From an uncultured bacterium (GTDB lineage Bacteria; Krumholzibacteriota; Krumholzibacteriia; LZORAL124-64-63): a stretch of DNA of 64,000 nt. Below are positions 8,945 to 20,626 of the stretch, piece after piece. Position 1 is the stretch's first letter. Each line of letters starts with the position of its first letter. Where the stretch lies: the NCBI GenBank assembly GCA_963727525.1, contig CAVSGO010000007.1, positions 1,824,001-1,888,000 on the forward strand. The letters run 5' to 3'. Position numbers and translations under genes: made by a program. Under the pieces are notes generated by a model, which did no database searches, had not been told where the DNA came from, and saw only the letters and a program-made list of their open reading frames with translations.

Positions 8945-9547
8945 TCACTCGCACCGGGGGAGCGGCCGTTCGGCCTCCCCGCCGGGATGATCGACCGACG
9001 TTCCTGACGGATCTTGACGGCGGGCACACGTACCCAGGAATTCCTCGACGACGCAGTGGTCGTCCTCGCGCGCCACGCAATGCCAGCACGCGGACTCCGC
9101 GCATGCCTGCCCCACGAGCGCGCAGCGGATCAACCGCTGCATGAAGCTCAGGAGCAGGGTCTTCTCGTCGGCCTCGAATCCAGCGAACAGCGCGTCCGCA
9201 CGTGCGGCCGCCAGCTCCGCATACTTGGCCACGAAGGCGCGCCCGGGCTCGAGCAGACACACGCGCTGGCTACGCCGGTCTTCCGGGCTGGGGACGCGTT
9301 GCACGAATCCGAGTTGCTGGAGGTGGTCCACGTTCTTGCTCGCCGCGGAATTGCTGATACCGAGGGCCAGCGCGATTTTCCCGATCGGGAAACATCCATG
9401 CGGCCCCACGACGCGGAGCATCGTGACCTGATTGCGCGACAACGAGGCGTCGGTGGCAGAGAGCGCCAGATCCGGCACGCAGCCCTCCCCCAAGACCTGC
9501 GACAGGATCCGGAGGTTCTGACCGAGTGCGCGGGTGACGGCGTCCAT
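8945..9547 (-). CDS. MarR family regulator with Cys-rich C-terminal extension
   Basis: wHTH IGKIALALGISNSAASKNVDHLQQLGFVQR...EDRRS; tail CAESACWHCVAREDDHC...C. Confidence 0.85.
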   Translation of the reverse strand: MDAVTRALGQNLRILSQVLGEGCVPDLALSATDASLSRNQVTMLRVVGPHGCFPIGKIALALGISNSAASKNVDHLQQLGFVQRVPSPEDRRSQRVCLLEPGRAFVAKYAELAAARADALFAGFEADEKTLLLSFMQRLIRCALVGQACAESACWHCVAREDDHCVVEEFLGTCARRQDPSGTSVDHPGGEAERPLPRCE

Positions 9548-9558
9548 CGCTTAACCTC

Positions 9559-9781
9559 GTTAAATGTTTAACCAAGAAAATATTCGGCCGCTCTCGGAAT
9601 GAAATCAAGAAAATTCCTTGTTATCGACTGGGAGGCGCGGATAGCGTCGGCGTGATCGGAAACTTTGAGGAATTCTTGATGAATTTAATTTTTCTGAGGA
9701 AAACATCTATTATCCATTAAAATAATAGGTTACACCACTCGCAGCTGATTTTCGAATATCCCACCATGTCAATATATTAAC
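9559..9781. promoter_or_regulatory. AT-rich regulatory region with two GTYAA-N4-TTAAC palindromes
   Basis: GTTAAATGTTTAAC at 9559-9572 and GTCAATATATTAAC at 9768-9781. Confidence 0.5.
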
Positions 9782-9838
9782 ATCAATCGCACCCCTCACC
9801 GAACCTCCGGAGATCGTCCGCCCTGCCCTGCGGCAAGG

Positions 9839-10564
9839 TCAGACCTCCAGGCTGTCCCCATGGTCATCGAGCCAGGCCATGTGCGCGTCGTGGTCCGGGC
9901 AGTGGCGGCGTACGAGCCCGCGGAAGCGCGGTCCGTGATTGTGGTGCCGGAGGTGGCAGAGTTCGTGCACGATCACGGCGTCGGCCACCGCGGGGAGCGC
10001 CATCACGAGCCGGTAGCATAGGGAGATGGTCCCGCTCGTCGAGCAACTCCCCCAGCGAGTCACCCGTTCCCCCACCACCACCCGCGCCGGACGCAGCCCC
10101 GTCGATGCCGCCAGCGCCTCCACCCGGGCGCGTAGGGACACCCCGGCCAGATGGCGCAGCCAGCGGATGATCGCCGGACGCGGATCGAGCACCTCTTGCG
10201 GGGGCAAGCTGAGGTGCAAGACGTCAGCTGTCAGGTCGGCGACCGGCCGGACCCGTCCCGGCGGCAGGACCGTCAGGACGAGCCGCCGCGCGCGACCGAA
10301 GATCAACAGCGTGCTTCCGGTCCCGTAGGAGCGCCTCACGGGTCCGTCCCACACGCGATATCGCTCCACCTGCTTCACGAGCCAGGCGGTCGCCTCGCTG
10401 AAGAGACGTTCCACATCCGCACGTGTGGCGCTGCGCGGCATGACAACCTCGACCCCGTCGCGGGCATTCACGGACACGCCCAGGCGACGAGCGCGCGTAC
10501 TGCGGCGCACCCGGTAGCGAAGCCGGCGTCCAGCCAGGAGACGGTCTTCGAGTCGATCAGGCAT
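9839..10564 (-). CDS. YgjP-like / M48-type zinc metallopeptidase (DUF45)
   Basis: RWGSCS and VIVHELCHLRHHNHGPRF. Confidence 0.85.
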   Translation of the reverse strand: MPDRLEDRLLAGRRLRYRVRRSTRARRLGVSVNARDGVEVVMPRSATRADVERLFSEATAWLVKQVERYRVWDGPVRRSYGTGSTLLIFGRARRLVLTVLPPGRVRPVADLTADVLHLSLPPQEVLDPRPAIIRWLRHLAGVSLRARVEALAASTGLRPARVVVGERVTRWGSCSTSGTISLCYRLVMALPAVADAVIVHELCHLRHHNHGPRFRGLVRRHCPDHDAHMAWLDDHGDSLEV

Positions 10565-10743
10565 GCTCTGGATATCCGGTGAAGAGTGGCGACCCCTGCA
10601 GTATGGCGATCCGGGGGCCTCCAGAAAAGCCTGGAGTTGGAGAGACACGAAGTAGGCAACCCAATGAGCTGCTGGCATCGCTGGCGCAGCGCCGATGTCT
10701 GCGCTAGGCTGGCGGGAACGACCGCAACCAGGGGGCGATCGCG

Positions 10744-11502
10744 ATGCTTTTCTTCAGGCGGCGCAAGCGTCGGAAACTCCTGCAGCAGACGCTCATACCG
10801 GAGCAGGATGCCATTCTGCGCGCCCGCGTTCCGCTCTATGCCCGGCTCCCCGCAGACGTCCGGATGCGCCTCGCCGGCCCCACGCAGGTCCTGCTGGCGG
10901 AGAAGCACTTCGAGGGATGCCGCGGCCTGGACGTCACCGACACCATGTCCCTGATGATCGCCGCGCAGGCGGCGCTCCTGCAGCTCCGTCCCGGAGCCGA
11001 CCATTACCCGGCGCTGGACACGATCCTGGTCTATCCGGACACCTTCGTCGTCGATCACCCCCGCGAGGACGAGCACGGATTCGTCACCGTCGGCGAGGAC
11101 GAGCTGGCCGGGGAGTCGTGGCAACGAGGCGTGGTGATCTTGAGCTGGCGCGACATCGAACGCGACCTCGGCCCGCGCGCCGAGGGCACCAACGTCGTGC
11201 TGCACGAGTTCGCGCACCAGCTCGACGACGAGAACGACCGTGCCGAGGGAGCCCCGCGGTTGCCGGCCGCGCTGGTCCCGCGCTGGGCCGAGGCCTTCGG
11301 CGAGGCCTACACGCGCCACCGGCGCCGCGTGGCGCGCGGCCGGGAGGTGCTCTTCGACGCCGACGCCGCGGAAGACCCGGCGGAGTTCTTCGCCACGGCG
11401 GTCGAGCTATTCTTCACCGCGCCCAGGGCGCTGCGGGAGGAATTCGGAGCTGTGTCCGAGGTGCTGGCCCTCTACCTCGCCGTCGACCCCGGCGGCTGGT
11501 AG
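10744..11502 (+). CDS. MtfA-like zinc-dependent peptidase (M90)
   Basis: GESWQRGVVILSW, NVVLHEFAHQLD and EFFATAVELFF. Confidence 0.88.
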   Translation: MLFFRRRKRRKLLQQTLIPEQDAILRARVPLYARLPADVRMRLAGPTQVLLAEKHFEGCRGLDVTDTMSLMIAAQAALLQLRPGADHYPALDTILVYPDTFVVDHPREDEHGFVTVGEDELAGESWQRGVVILSWRDIERDLGPRAEGTNVVLHEFAHQLDDENDRAEGAPRLPAALVPRWAEAFGEAYTRHRRRVARGREVLFDADAAEDPAEFFATAVELFFTAPRALREEFGAVSEVLALYLAVDPGGW

Positions 11503-11503
11503 G

Positions 11504-14285
<2,782 letters not shown>

Positions 14286-14292
14286 GGGCGCA

Positions 14293-14321
14293 AAAGTACT
14301 TGGCCCCCCCGGACCTGTCAA
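14293..14321 (-). promoter_or_regulatory. Sigma70 promoter for udk-hpt-guaB (probably leaderless)
   Basis: TTGACA (14321-14316), 17 nt, TACTTT (14298-14293); 7 nt before ATG 14285. Confidence 0.65.
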
Positions 14322-14462
14322 TCGCACCACCCGGGCGGCGCGGCGCGCGCATTTCCGGTGGCGTCCCCGGGGGTGCACGGTGTATCATCCCCCTAGCCCC
14401 CGCCTCTGCGGCGGGGCGTCCGCGCCGCAACCAGATCGGATGGGTGCCTGCGGGAGGATCCC

Positions 14463-15746
14463 TTGCTCGAGAATATCGTGTCGCTGCTCGGCGTGGCCGT
14501 GCTGATCGCGCTGGCCTGGGTGCTGAGCAACAACCACCGCCGGTTCCCGTTCAGGGTGGTCGCCTGGGGGCTCGCGCTCCAGCTCACCTTCGCCCTGATC
14601 CTGCTGCGCACCGGCTGGGGCCACGCCGTGTTCGATTGGGCGCGGGGGGCAGTGGTACGCCTCCTCAGCTTCACCGACCCCGGGGCCGAATTCGTGTTCG
14701 GGCCCCTGTTTCGCACCAGCCCCGATTTCGTCGCCCATCTCGGTTCCGGGGCTACCTGGTGGCAGGGCGTGGACCCGGCCACCGGGCAGCCGGTCACCCT
14801 GGGCCTGATCTTCGCGATCCACGTGCTGCCCATCATCATCTTCTTCTGCAGCCTCATGGCCGTGCTCTATCACCTGGGCGTGATGCAGCGGCTCATCCAG
14901 GGCATCGCCTGGATCATGCAGCGCACCATGCGCACCGGGGGCGCCGAGACCCTGAGCGTGGCGGCCAATATCTTCGTGGGCCAGACGGAAGCGCCGGTGG
15001 TCATCCAACCGTTCCTGCGGACGATGAGCCAGAGCGAGCTGATGGCGGTGATGACCGGCGGATTCGCCACCATCGCCGGCAGCGTCATGGCGGCTTACGT
15101 GCGCTTCGGCGTGGACGCCGGCCATCTGCTGGCCGCCAGCGTGATGTCGGCTCCGGCCGCCCTGGTGATGGCCAAGATCATGTACCCGGAAACCGACCCG
15201 GCGGCGAGCACCCGGACGGTGCAGTTGACGGCCACCAGGGAGTACAGCAACGTTCTCGAGGCCGCGGCCGGGGGCGCCACGGTCGGGGTCAAGCTGGCGG
15301 CGAACGTGGCCGGCATGCTCATCGCGTTCCTGGCGCTCGTGACGATGATCAACTACGTTTTGGGCTGGGTCGGCACTTCGCTCCAGCAGATCTTCGGATT
15401 CGTGTTCGCGCCCTTGGCCTGGACCATGGGCGTACCCTGGAGCGAAGCGCGCACCTTCGGCGACCTGCTCGGCACCAAGCTGGCCATCAACGAGTTTGTG
15501 GCGTACATCCAGCTATCCGGTGCCGCCCATGCCGGGACCCTGTCCCCGCGCAGCGTCGTCATCGGGACCTATGCCCTGTGTGGGTTCGCCAATTTCAGCA
15601 GCCTGGCGATTCAGATCGGCGGTATCGGCGCCTTGGTGCCGGAACGCCGCGCCGACCTCTCGCGGCTGGGTTTGCGGGCCATGTTCGCCGGCGCGTTCGC
15701 GTCCTGGCTGACGGCCTGCATCGCTGGAATCCTGACCCCCGTGTGA
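14463..15746 (+). CDS. nupC: Concentrative nucleoside transporter (NupC/CNT family)
   Basis: NIFVGQTEAP, GGFATIAGSV, KLAINEFVAY and ALCGFANFSS; TTG start with GGAGG RBS. Confidence 0.93.
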   Translation: MLENIVSLLGVAVLIALAWVLSNNHRRFPFRVVAWGLALQLTFALILLRTGWGHAVFDWARGAVVRLLSFTDPGAEFVFGPLFRTSPDFVAHLGSGATWWQGVDPATGQPVTLGLIFAIHVLPIIIFFCSLMAVLYHLGVMQRLIQGIAWIMQRTMRTGGAETLSVAANIFVGQTEAPVVIQPFLRTMSQSELMAVMTGGFATIAGSVMAAYVRFGVDAGHLLAASVMSAPAALVMAKIMYPETDPAASTRTVQLTATREYSNVLEAAAGGATVGVKLAANVAGMLIAFLALVTMINYVLGWVGTSLQQIFGFVFAPLAWTMGVPWSEARTFGDLLGTKLAINEFVAYIQLSGAAHAGTLSPRSVVIGTYALCGFANFSSLAIQIGGIGALVPERRADLSRLGLRAMFAGAFASWLTACIAGILTPV

Positions 15747-15763
15747 CGGGAGTGAACCGCAGC

Positions 15764-16192
15764 ATGAGCCGGATCAAGCTTGAACCGCGTACGGCGTACG
15801 AGTTCGTCGTCGCCATCACGGTGCGCACCACCGACCTCAACTACGGTGGCCATCTCGCCAATGACCGCATGCTGGCGCTGCTGCACGAGGCTCGCGTGGC
15901 CTTTCTCGGCACCTACGGCTGGAGCGAGATGGACATGGCCGGTGCGAGCACGATCATGACTGACGCCGCCGTCGTCTTTCGGGCCGAGGCCTTCGCCGGC
16001 GAGGAGCTGCGCATCGAGGTGGCCGCTTATGACGCCGAGCGCGCCGGCTTCCGCCTATCCTATCGAGTCACCCGCGCGTCCGACCAGGTGCTGGTCGCGC
16101 TCGCGGAATCCGGACACGCCTGCTTCGACTACGCCAGCCGTCAGGTCGTCCCCCTTCCCAACCCCATTCGCGAGATCTGTCAGGAGACATGA
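15764..16192 (+). CDS. Acyl-CoA thioesterase (4HBT/hotdog fold)
   Basis: VRTTDLNYGGHLAND...HEAR. Confidence 0.85.
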   Translation: MSRIKLEPRTAYEFVVAITVRTTDLNYGGHLANDRMLALLHEARVAFLGTYGWSEMDMAGASTIMTDAAVVFRAEAFAGEELRIEVAAYDAERAGFRLSYRVTRASDQVLVALAESGHACFDYASRQVVPLPNPIREICQET

Positions 16193-17094
16193 ACCGCAGA
16201 CGCAATGATCGACCCAGGGGCAGCGGCGGCGGTGGTCGCCGACGGCCCGCCAGCGAAGCGGCCAAGCCGGCCCCCGACCTGCGGGTGACCAGCCCGCAGA
16301 ATTCCCAGGTCAAGACCCTCGTGCGCCTGAGGCATCGACGAGAACGCGATCAACTCGGTCTGACCATCATCGAGGAACCGCTCGTCCTGCGCCGGGCCTG
16401 GGAGTCGGGATATCCGCTCAATTCCATCTACTACGCGACCGAGCTGCTCACGCCGCCGGCCGCCGAGCTGCTGGAGGATCTGCGCGCCGCCGTGCGCGCC
16501 GGCCAGAGCAATCTCGAGATGATCGATCTGGCGCCGGGCCTCCTACGCCGGGCGGCCTATCGCGACCAGCCCGAAGGGTTGCTGGCGATCGCGCCCCAGA
16601 AGCGCCTGACGCTGGCCGACCTCACGCTCCGGCCCACCGCCCTGCTCATCGTGGTCGAGAACGTGGAGAAGCCTGGCAACCTCGGCGCTCTCCTGCGCAT
16701 CGCCGACGGCGTGGGCGCCGACGCGGTGCTGGTGGCGGGCGAGGGTACCGACCTCTACAACCCGAACGTGCTGCGCGCCAGCCGGGGATCGTTCTTCTCG
16801 GTCCGGGCAGTGGAATGCGGCGTGGGCGAAGCCCGCGACTTCCTGCATGGCGCCGGCATCAAGGTGCTCGCCGCCACGCCGCACGCGCCGCAAACATATA
16901 CCTCCGCCGACCTCACGGGGCCGCTCGCCGTGGTCCTGGGCGCCGAGCACCGCGGCCTGAGCGAGGCCTGGCTCAAGGACGAGAACTGCGAACCGGTACG
17001 GATCCCCATGCTCGGACGCGGCGACTCCCTGAATCTGGCGACCGCTGCCGCCGTGCTCGTGTACGAGGCCGTGAGGCAGCGGGCAGCCGGTTGA
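16189..17094 (+). CDS. TrmH/SpoU family RNA methyltransferase
   Basis: EKPGNLGA, VLGAEHRGL and IPMLGRGDSLNLA. Confidence 0.92.
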   Translation: MNRRRNDRPRGSGGGGRRRPASEAAKPAPDLRVTSPQNSQVKTLVRLRHRRERDQLGLTIIEEPLVLRRAWESGYPLNSIYYATELLTPPAAELLEDLRAAVRAGQSNLEMIDLAPGLLRRAAYRDQPEGLLAIAPQKRLTLADLTLRPTALLIVVENVEKPGNLGALLRIADGVGADAVLVAGEGTDLYNPNVLRASRGSFFSVRAVECGVGEARDFLHGAGIKVLAATPHAPQTYTSADLTGPLAVVLGAEHRGLSEAWLKDENCEPVRIPMLGRGDSLNLATAAAVLVYEAVRQRAAG

Positions 17095-17098
17095 GGCG

Positions 17099-18361
17099 AT
17101 GCAGAACACGTTCTACAACGATTTCGACGGTCAGCGCCTCGTCCCCGGCCGGCAGGACTGGCGCACGGTGTTCCGCCGCGATCGCGATCGCCTCATCCAT
17201 AATGCCGCGTTCCGGCGGCTGCAGGCCAAGACTCAGGTCTTCCTCTCCGGCGAGTACGATTTCTACCGCACGCGCCTGACCCACTCGATCGAGGTCTCCC
17301 AGATCGCCGGTTCGATCTGCGGCTGGCTGAATCACAGCTCGCCCCTGCTCGAGCCCGGGTTCACGATCGATCGCGACCTCTGCGAGGCGGCGGCTCTCGC
17401 CCACGACATCGGCCATCCGCCCTTCGGCCATGCGGGCGAGGCCGCCCTGCACGCGTGCATGCGCCGGTATGGCGGCTTCGAGGGCAATGCCCAGACGCTG
17501 CGCCTCATCAGCGAGACGATCTTCACCGCCGGCGATACCCGGCGCGGGCTGAACCCCACCCGCGCCCTGCTCGACGGTGTGCTGAAATACAAGTCGCACT
17601 ACGGCGAGCTTGAAGCGCCCGACCGTCACTTCCTGTACGACGATCAGGCGCGCATCCTGTCCTTTGTCGTCGGCAGCTTGCCCTGGCCGGACGACCTGCC
17701 GGCGGGCGCAGCGCGCAATGGCTTCCGAAGTCTCGAATGCCAGATCATGGACTGGGCCGACGACACGGCGTACTCGCTCAACGACCTCGTCGACGCCGTC
17801 CACGCCGGTTTCGTGACCAGCGCCAAGATCCAGTACTGGGCCGAGCGCCACGCGGGCGACGACGACCGCGCCACGATCGCCGACCTCGTGAAATCCATCG
17901 ACAACGGCACGGTGGAGCGCGCCATGAACGCGCGTATCGGGCGGTTCGTGGAGACCTGCCAGCTCGCCGAGCGCGACGGCTTCCTCGCCGACCTCACCAA
18001 CCGGCATCGGTTCGCGCTGATCGTCGATCCCGTTGCCCGCCGCGAGCAGAAGCTCCTCGCTCGCCTCATCGCCGACCTGGTATTCCGGTCGCCGCAGGTC
18101 TGCCAGCTCGAGCACAAGGGTGAGATGATGCTGCGGCGCCTCTTCGACACGCTGCACGCCGCATACCTCGAACAGCCGCACCCGCACGCCACGCTGCTCT
18201 CGCGGGATTTCGAGCGGGAGATCGCCCGCGACGACCTCGACGGCACCGGCAAGGCCCGCGTGCTCTGCGACTACCTCGCGGGCATGACCGACGGCTTCGC
18301 GAGCCGCATCTACCGGCGCCTCTTCGACCCAGGCTACGGCAGCATCGTCGATCTGGTGTGA
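17099..18361 (+). CDS. dgt: dNTP triphosphohydrolase (dGTPase)
   Basis: FRRLQAKTQV, RTRLTHSIEV, AHDIGHPPFGHAGE, FEGNAQ, ADDTAY and DYLAGMTD. Confidence 0.93.
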   Translation: MQNTFYNDFDGQRLVPGRQDWRTVFRRDRDRLIHNAAFRRLQAKTQVFLSGEYDFYRTRLTHSIEVSQIAGSICGWLNHSSPLLEPGFTIDRDLCEAAALAHDIGHPPFGHAGEAALHACMRRYGGFEGNAQTLRLISETIFTAGDTRRGLNPTRALLDGVLKYKSHYGELEAPDRHFLYDDQARILSFVVGSLPWPDDLPAGAARNGFRSLECQIMDWADDTAYSLNDLVDAVHAGFVTSAKIQYWAERHAGDDDRATIADLVKSIDNGTVERAMNARIGRFVETCQLAERDGFLADLTNRHRFALIVDPVARREQKLLARLIADLVFRSPQVCQLEHKGEMMLRRLFDTLHAAYLEQPHPHATLLSRDFEREIARDDLDGTGKARVLCDYLAGMTDGFASRIYRRLFDPGYGSIVDLV

Positions 18362-18369
18362 CCGACTCA

Positions 18370-18549
18370 GTCCACGTTATTCATGCTATCGCGTAGCGAG
18401 GCGAGTGGAACGGTCTCTGTGAGCGGGATCTCGCAGGGTTTGTGAGGGAGCCGTACCCCCTGGGGTACGGTGACCGAAGCAAACCCGAGAAAGCCCGCTC
18501 ACAGAGACCGTTACGCCGCCGCAGTAGCAATAGTATGAATAAGGTGGAC
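18370..18549. mobile_element. 180-bp hairpin MITE/REP-like element
   Basis: Terminal inverted repeats match 20/23; perfect internal 19-bp IR (18409-18427 / 18494-18512); central CCGTACCCC-CT-GGGGTACGG; TCA on both flanks. Confidence 0.7.
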
Positions 18550-18963
18550 TCAGTCCAATTCCACGAGCAACGCGCCTCGAGCCACCAGCTGTCCCGTGGC
18601 CACGTGCAGCGCGGCCACGCGCCCAGCGACGGGTGCCTGCACATCGTTGGCCATCTTCATCGCCTCGAGCACGAGCAGACCCTGACCGCAGGCCACCTGG
18701 TCGCCCGGCGCCACCAGCACGCGCAGGATCGTGCCAGGGATCGCCGCCGTCACGCGACGAGGATCGCGCGGCTGCCACGGCGAGCTGCGCCGCGCCTTCA
18801 CTGTGAGGTGGGTCTCGTAGGCCGTGTCGTCGATGACCAGCACGTCCATTGGCTCTGTCGGCACGGACGAACGCGACCGTCGTCGATCGCGGTGAGCGGT
18901 CGGCGCGGTGGCGGTATCGCGTGACGGGGGTTGCCCGTCCTTTGGCTTCAGTTTGCCTTGCAT
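18550..18963 (-). CDS. Biotin carboxyl carrier protein
   Basis: Biotinylation motif LEAMKMAN. Confidence 0.9.
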   Translation of the reverse strand: MQGKLKPKDGQPPSRDTATAPTAHRDRRRSRSSVPTEPMDVLVIDDTAYETHLTVKARRSSPWQPRDPRRVTAAIPGTILRVLVAPGDQVACGQGLLVLEAMKMANDVQAPVAGRVAALHVATGQLVARGALLVELD

Positions 18964-18976
18964 GGTTCCCTCCGGC

Positions 18977-20521
18977 CTAGAACGGCGGCACGCCGTGCTT
19001 GCGCCAGGGCCGGCTCTCCTCCTTGGAGGCCGACACCTGGATCGCGTGCAGCAGGTAATCGCGCGTCTCGTGCGGCTGGATCACCGCATCGATATGACCG
19101 TCGCGGGCCGCGATGTACGGATTGGCGAACTTGTCCTGGTATTCCTTGATCTTCTCCTGGCGCATGCGCTCCGGATCGGCGGCCGCCGTGATCTCCTTGC
19201 GGAAGATGATGTTCGCGGCACCCTCAGGCCCCATCACCGCGATCTCGGCGCACGGCCAGGCGAAAACGAAGTCGGCCCCCAGATGGCGCGAGCACATGGC
19301 GATATAGCCGCCGCCATAGGCCTTGCGAAGGATCACCGTCACCTTGGGCACCGATGCCTCGCTGTAGGCGTACAGCAGCTTGGCGCCGTGGCGGATGACG
19401 CCGGCGTGTTCCTGATCCACCCCAGGCAGGTAGCCCGGTAGGTCGACGAACGTCACCAGCGGAATGCCGAAGGCGTCGCAGAAGCGGATGAAGCGCGCGG
19501 CCTTGTCCGAGGCATCGACGTCGAGCACGCCCGCCAGGTACGCCGGCTGATTGCCGATCACCCCGACGGTTTGCCCGTCGAGGCGCGCGAATCCGACGAT
19601 GATGTTGCGCGCGAAGTGGGCCTGGATCTCAAAGAAATCCGAGTCGTCGCAGACCGCCTGCACCACCTGGCGCACGTCGTAGGGCTTGCGCGGATCGTCG
19701 GGCACGATGCGGTCGATCGCCAGTTGCGGACGCGGCGGTCTGGCGGGATAGGGTTCGGCGCGCTTGCGGTTGTTCCAGGGGATGTAGGTGACGAGCTTCT
19801 GGATCTGCGCGAAGCATTCCGCCTCGCTCTCGGCAAAAAAATGCGCATTGCCCGAGATCTCCGCCTGCACCCGGGCGCCGCCCAGATCCTCCATCGAGAT
19901 TTCTTCACCCAGCACCGTCTTGATGACCTCGGGCCCGGTGATGAACATCTTGGAGATCCTGTCGACCACGAACACGAAATCGGTGAGGGCCGGCGAATAC
20001 ACCGCGCCGCCCGCGCACGGGCCGAGGATCACCGAGATCTGCGGGATCACACCCGACGCGACGGTGTTGCGATAGAAGATCTCACCGTAGCCGGCCAGAG
20101 AGTTCACGCCTTCCTGGATCCGCGCACCACCGGAATCGTTGATGCCGATAAGAGGCACGCCCAGCTTGAGGGCGTGGTCCATGATCTTGGTGATCTTGCG
20201 CGCATGCGCGAGGCCGAGCGACCCCCCGGCCACGGTGAAATCCTGCGCGAAGACACAGATGGGAAAGCCCTGGATCGTGCCCGTGCCGGTGACGACGCCG
20301 TCGCCCGGTAACGACTTTGTGTCCATGCCGAAGTCCTGGCACTTATGCTCCACGAAGAGATCGTACTCGTGGAACGAGCCGTCATCGAGCAGGGCTCGCA
20401 CCCGCTCCCGCGCCGCCAGCTTGCCCTGCTGCTCCTGCTTCTCGAGCGCCTGGGGTCCGCCGCCCTGCATGAGCGTGCGCGTACGATTCAGGAATTCCTG
20501 GATCTTCTGACCGAGCGTCAT
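18977..20521 (-). CDS. Acyl-CoA carboxylase / methylmalonyl-CoA carboxyltransferase beta subunit (PccB-like)
   Basis: QDFTVAGGSLG, DSGGARIQEG, GPCAGGAVYSPA and RKAYGGGY. Confidence 0.93.
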   Translation of the reverse strand: MTLGQKIQEFLNRTRTLMQGGGPQALEKQEQQGKLAARERVRALLDDGSFHEYDLFVEHKCQDFGMDTKSLPGDGVVTGTGTIQGFPICVFAQDFTVAGGSLGLAHARKITKIMDHALKLGVPLIGINDSGGARIQEGVNSLAGYGEIFYRNTVASGVIPQISVILGPCAGGAVYSPALTDFVFVVDRISKMFITGPEVIKTVLGEEISMEDLGGARVQAEISGNAHFFAESEAECFAQIQKLVTYIPWNNRKRAEPYPARPPRPQLAIDRIVPDDPRKPYDVRQVVQAVCDDSDFFEIQAHFARNIIVGFARLDGQTVGVIGNQPAYLAGVLDVDASDKAARFIRFCDAFGIPLVTFVDLPGYLPGVDQEHAGVIRHGAKLLYAYSEASVPKVTVILRKAYGGGYIAMCSRHLGADFVFAWPCAEIAVMGPEGAANIIFRKEITAAADPERMRQEKIKEYQDKFANPYIAARDGHIDAVIQPHETRDYLLHAIQVSASKEESRPWRKHGVPPF

Positions 20522-20626
20522 CGCATCGACCTCCATGACTGCGCCGCAAGCGCAACGAACCGGTCGATCCCGGGCCGGCCGCAGCGGCGAGTGGCGTCCC
20601 AACGATGGGCGATCGAGGAGCCGGCG

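Noticed and set aside
17099-18361. dGTPase as an anti-phage defence gene
   Set aside because: It sits in a housekeeping nucleotide-metabolism run with no defence-island context.
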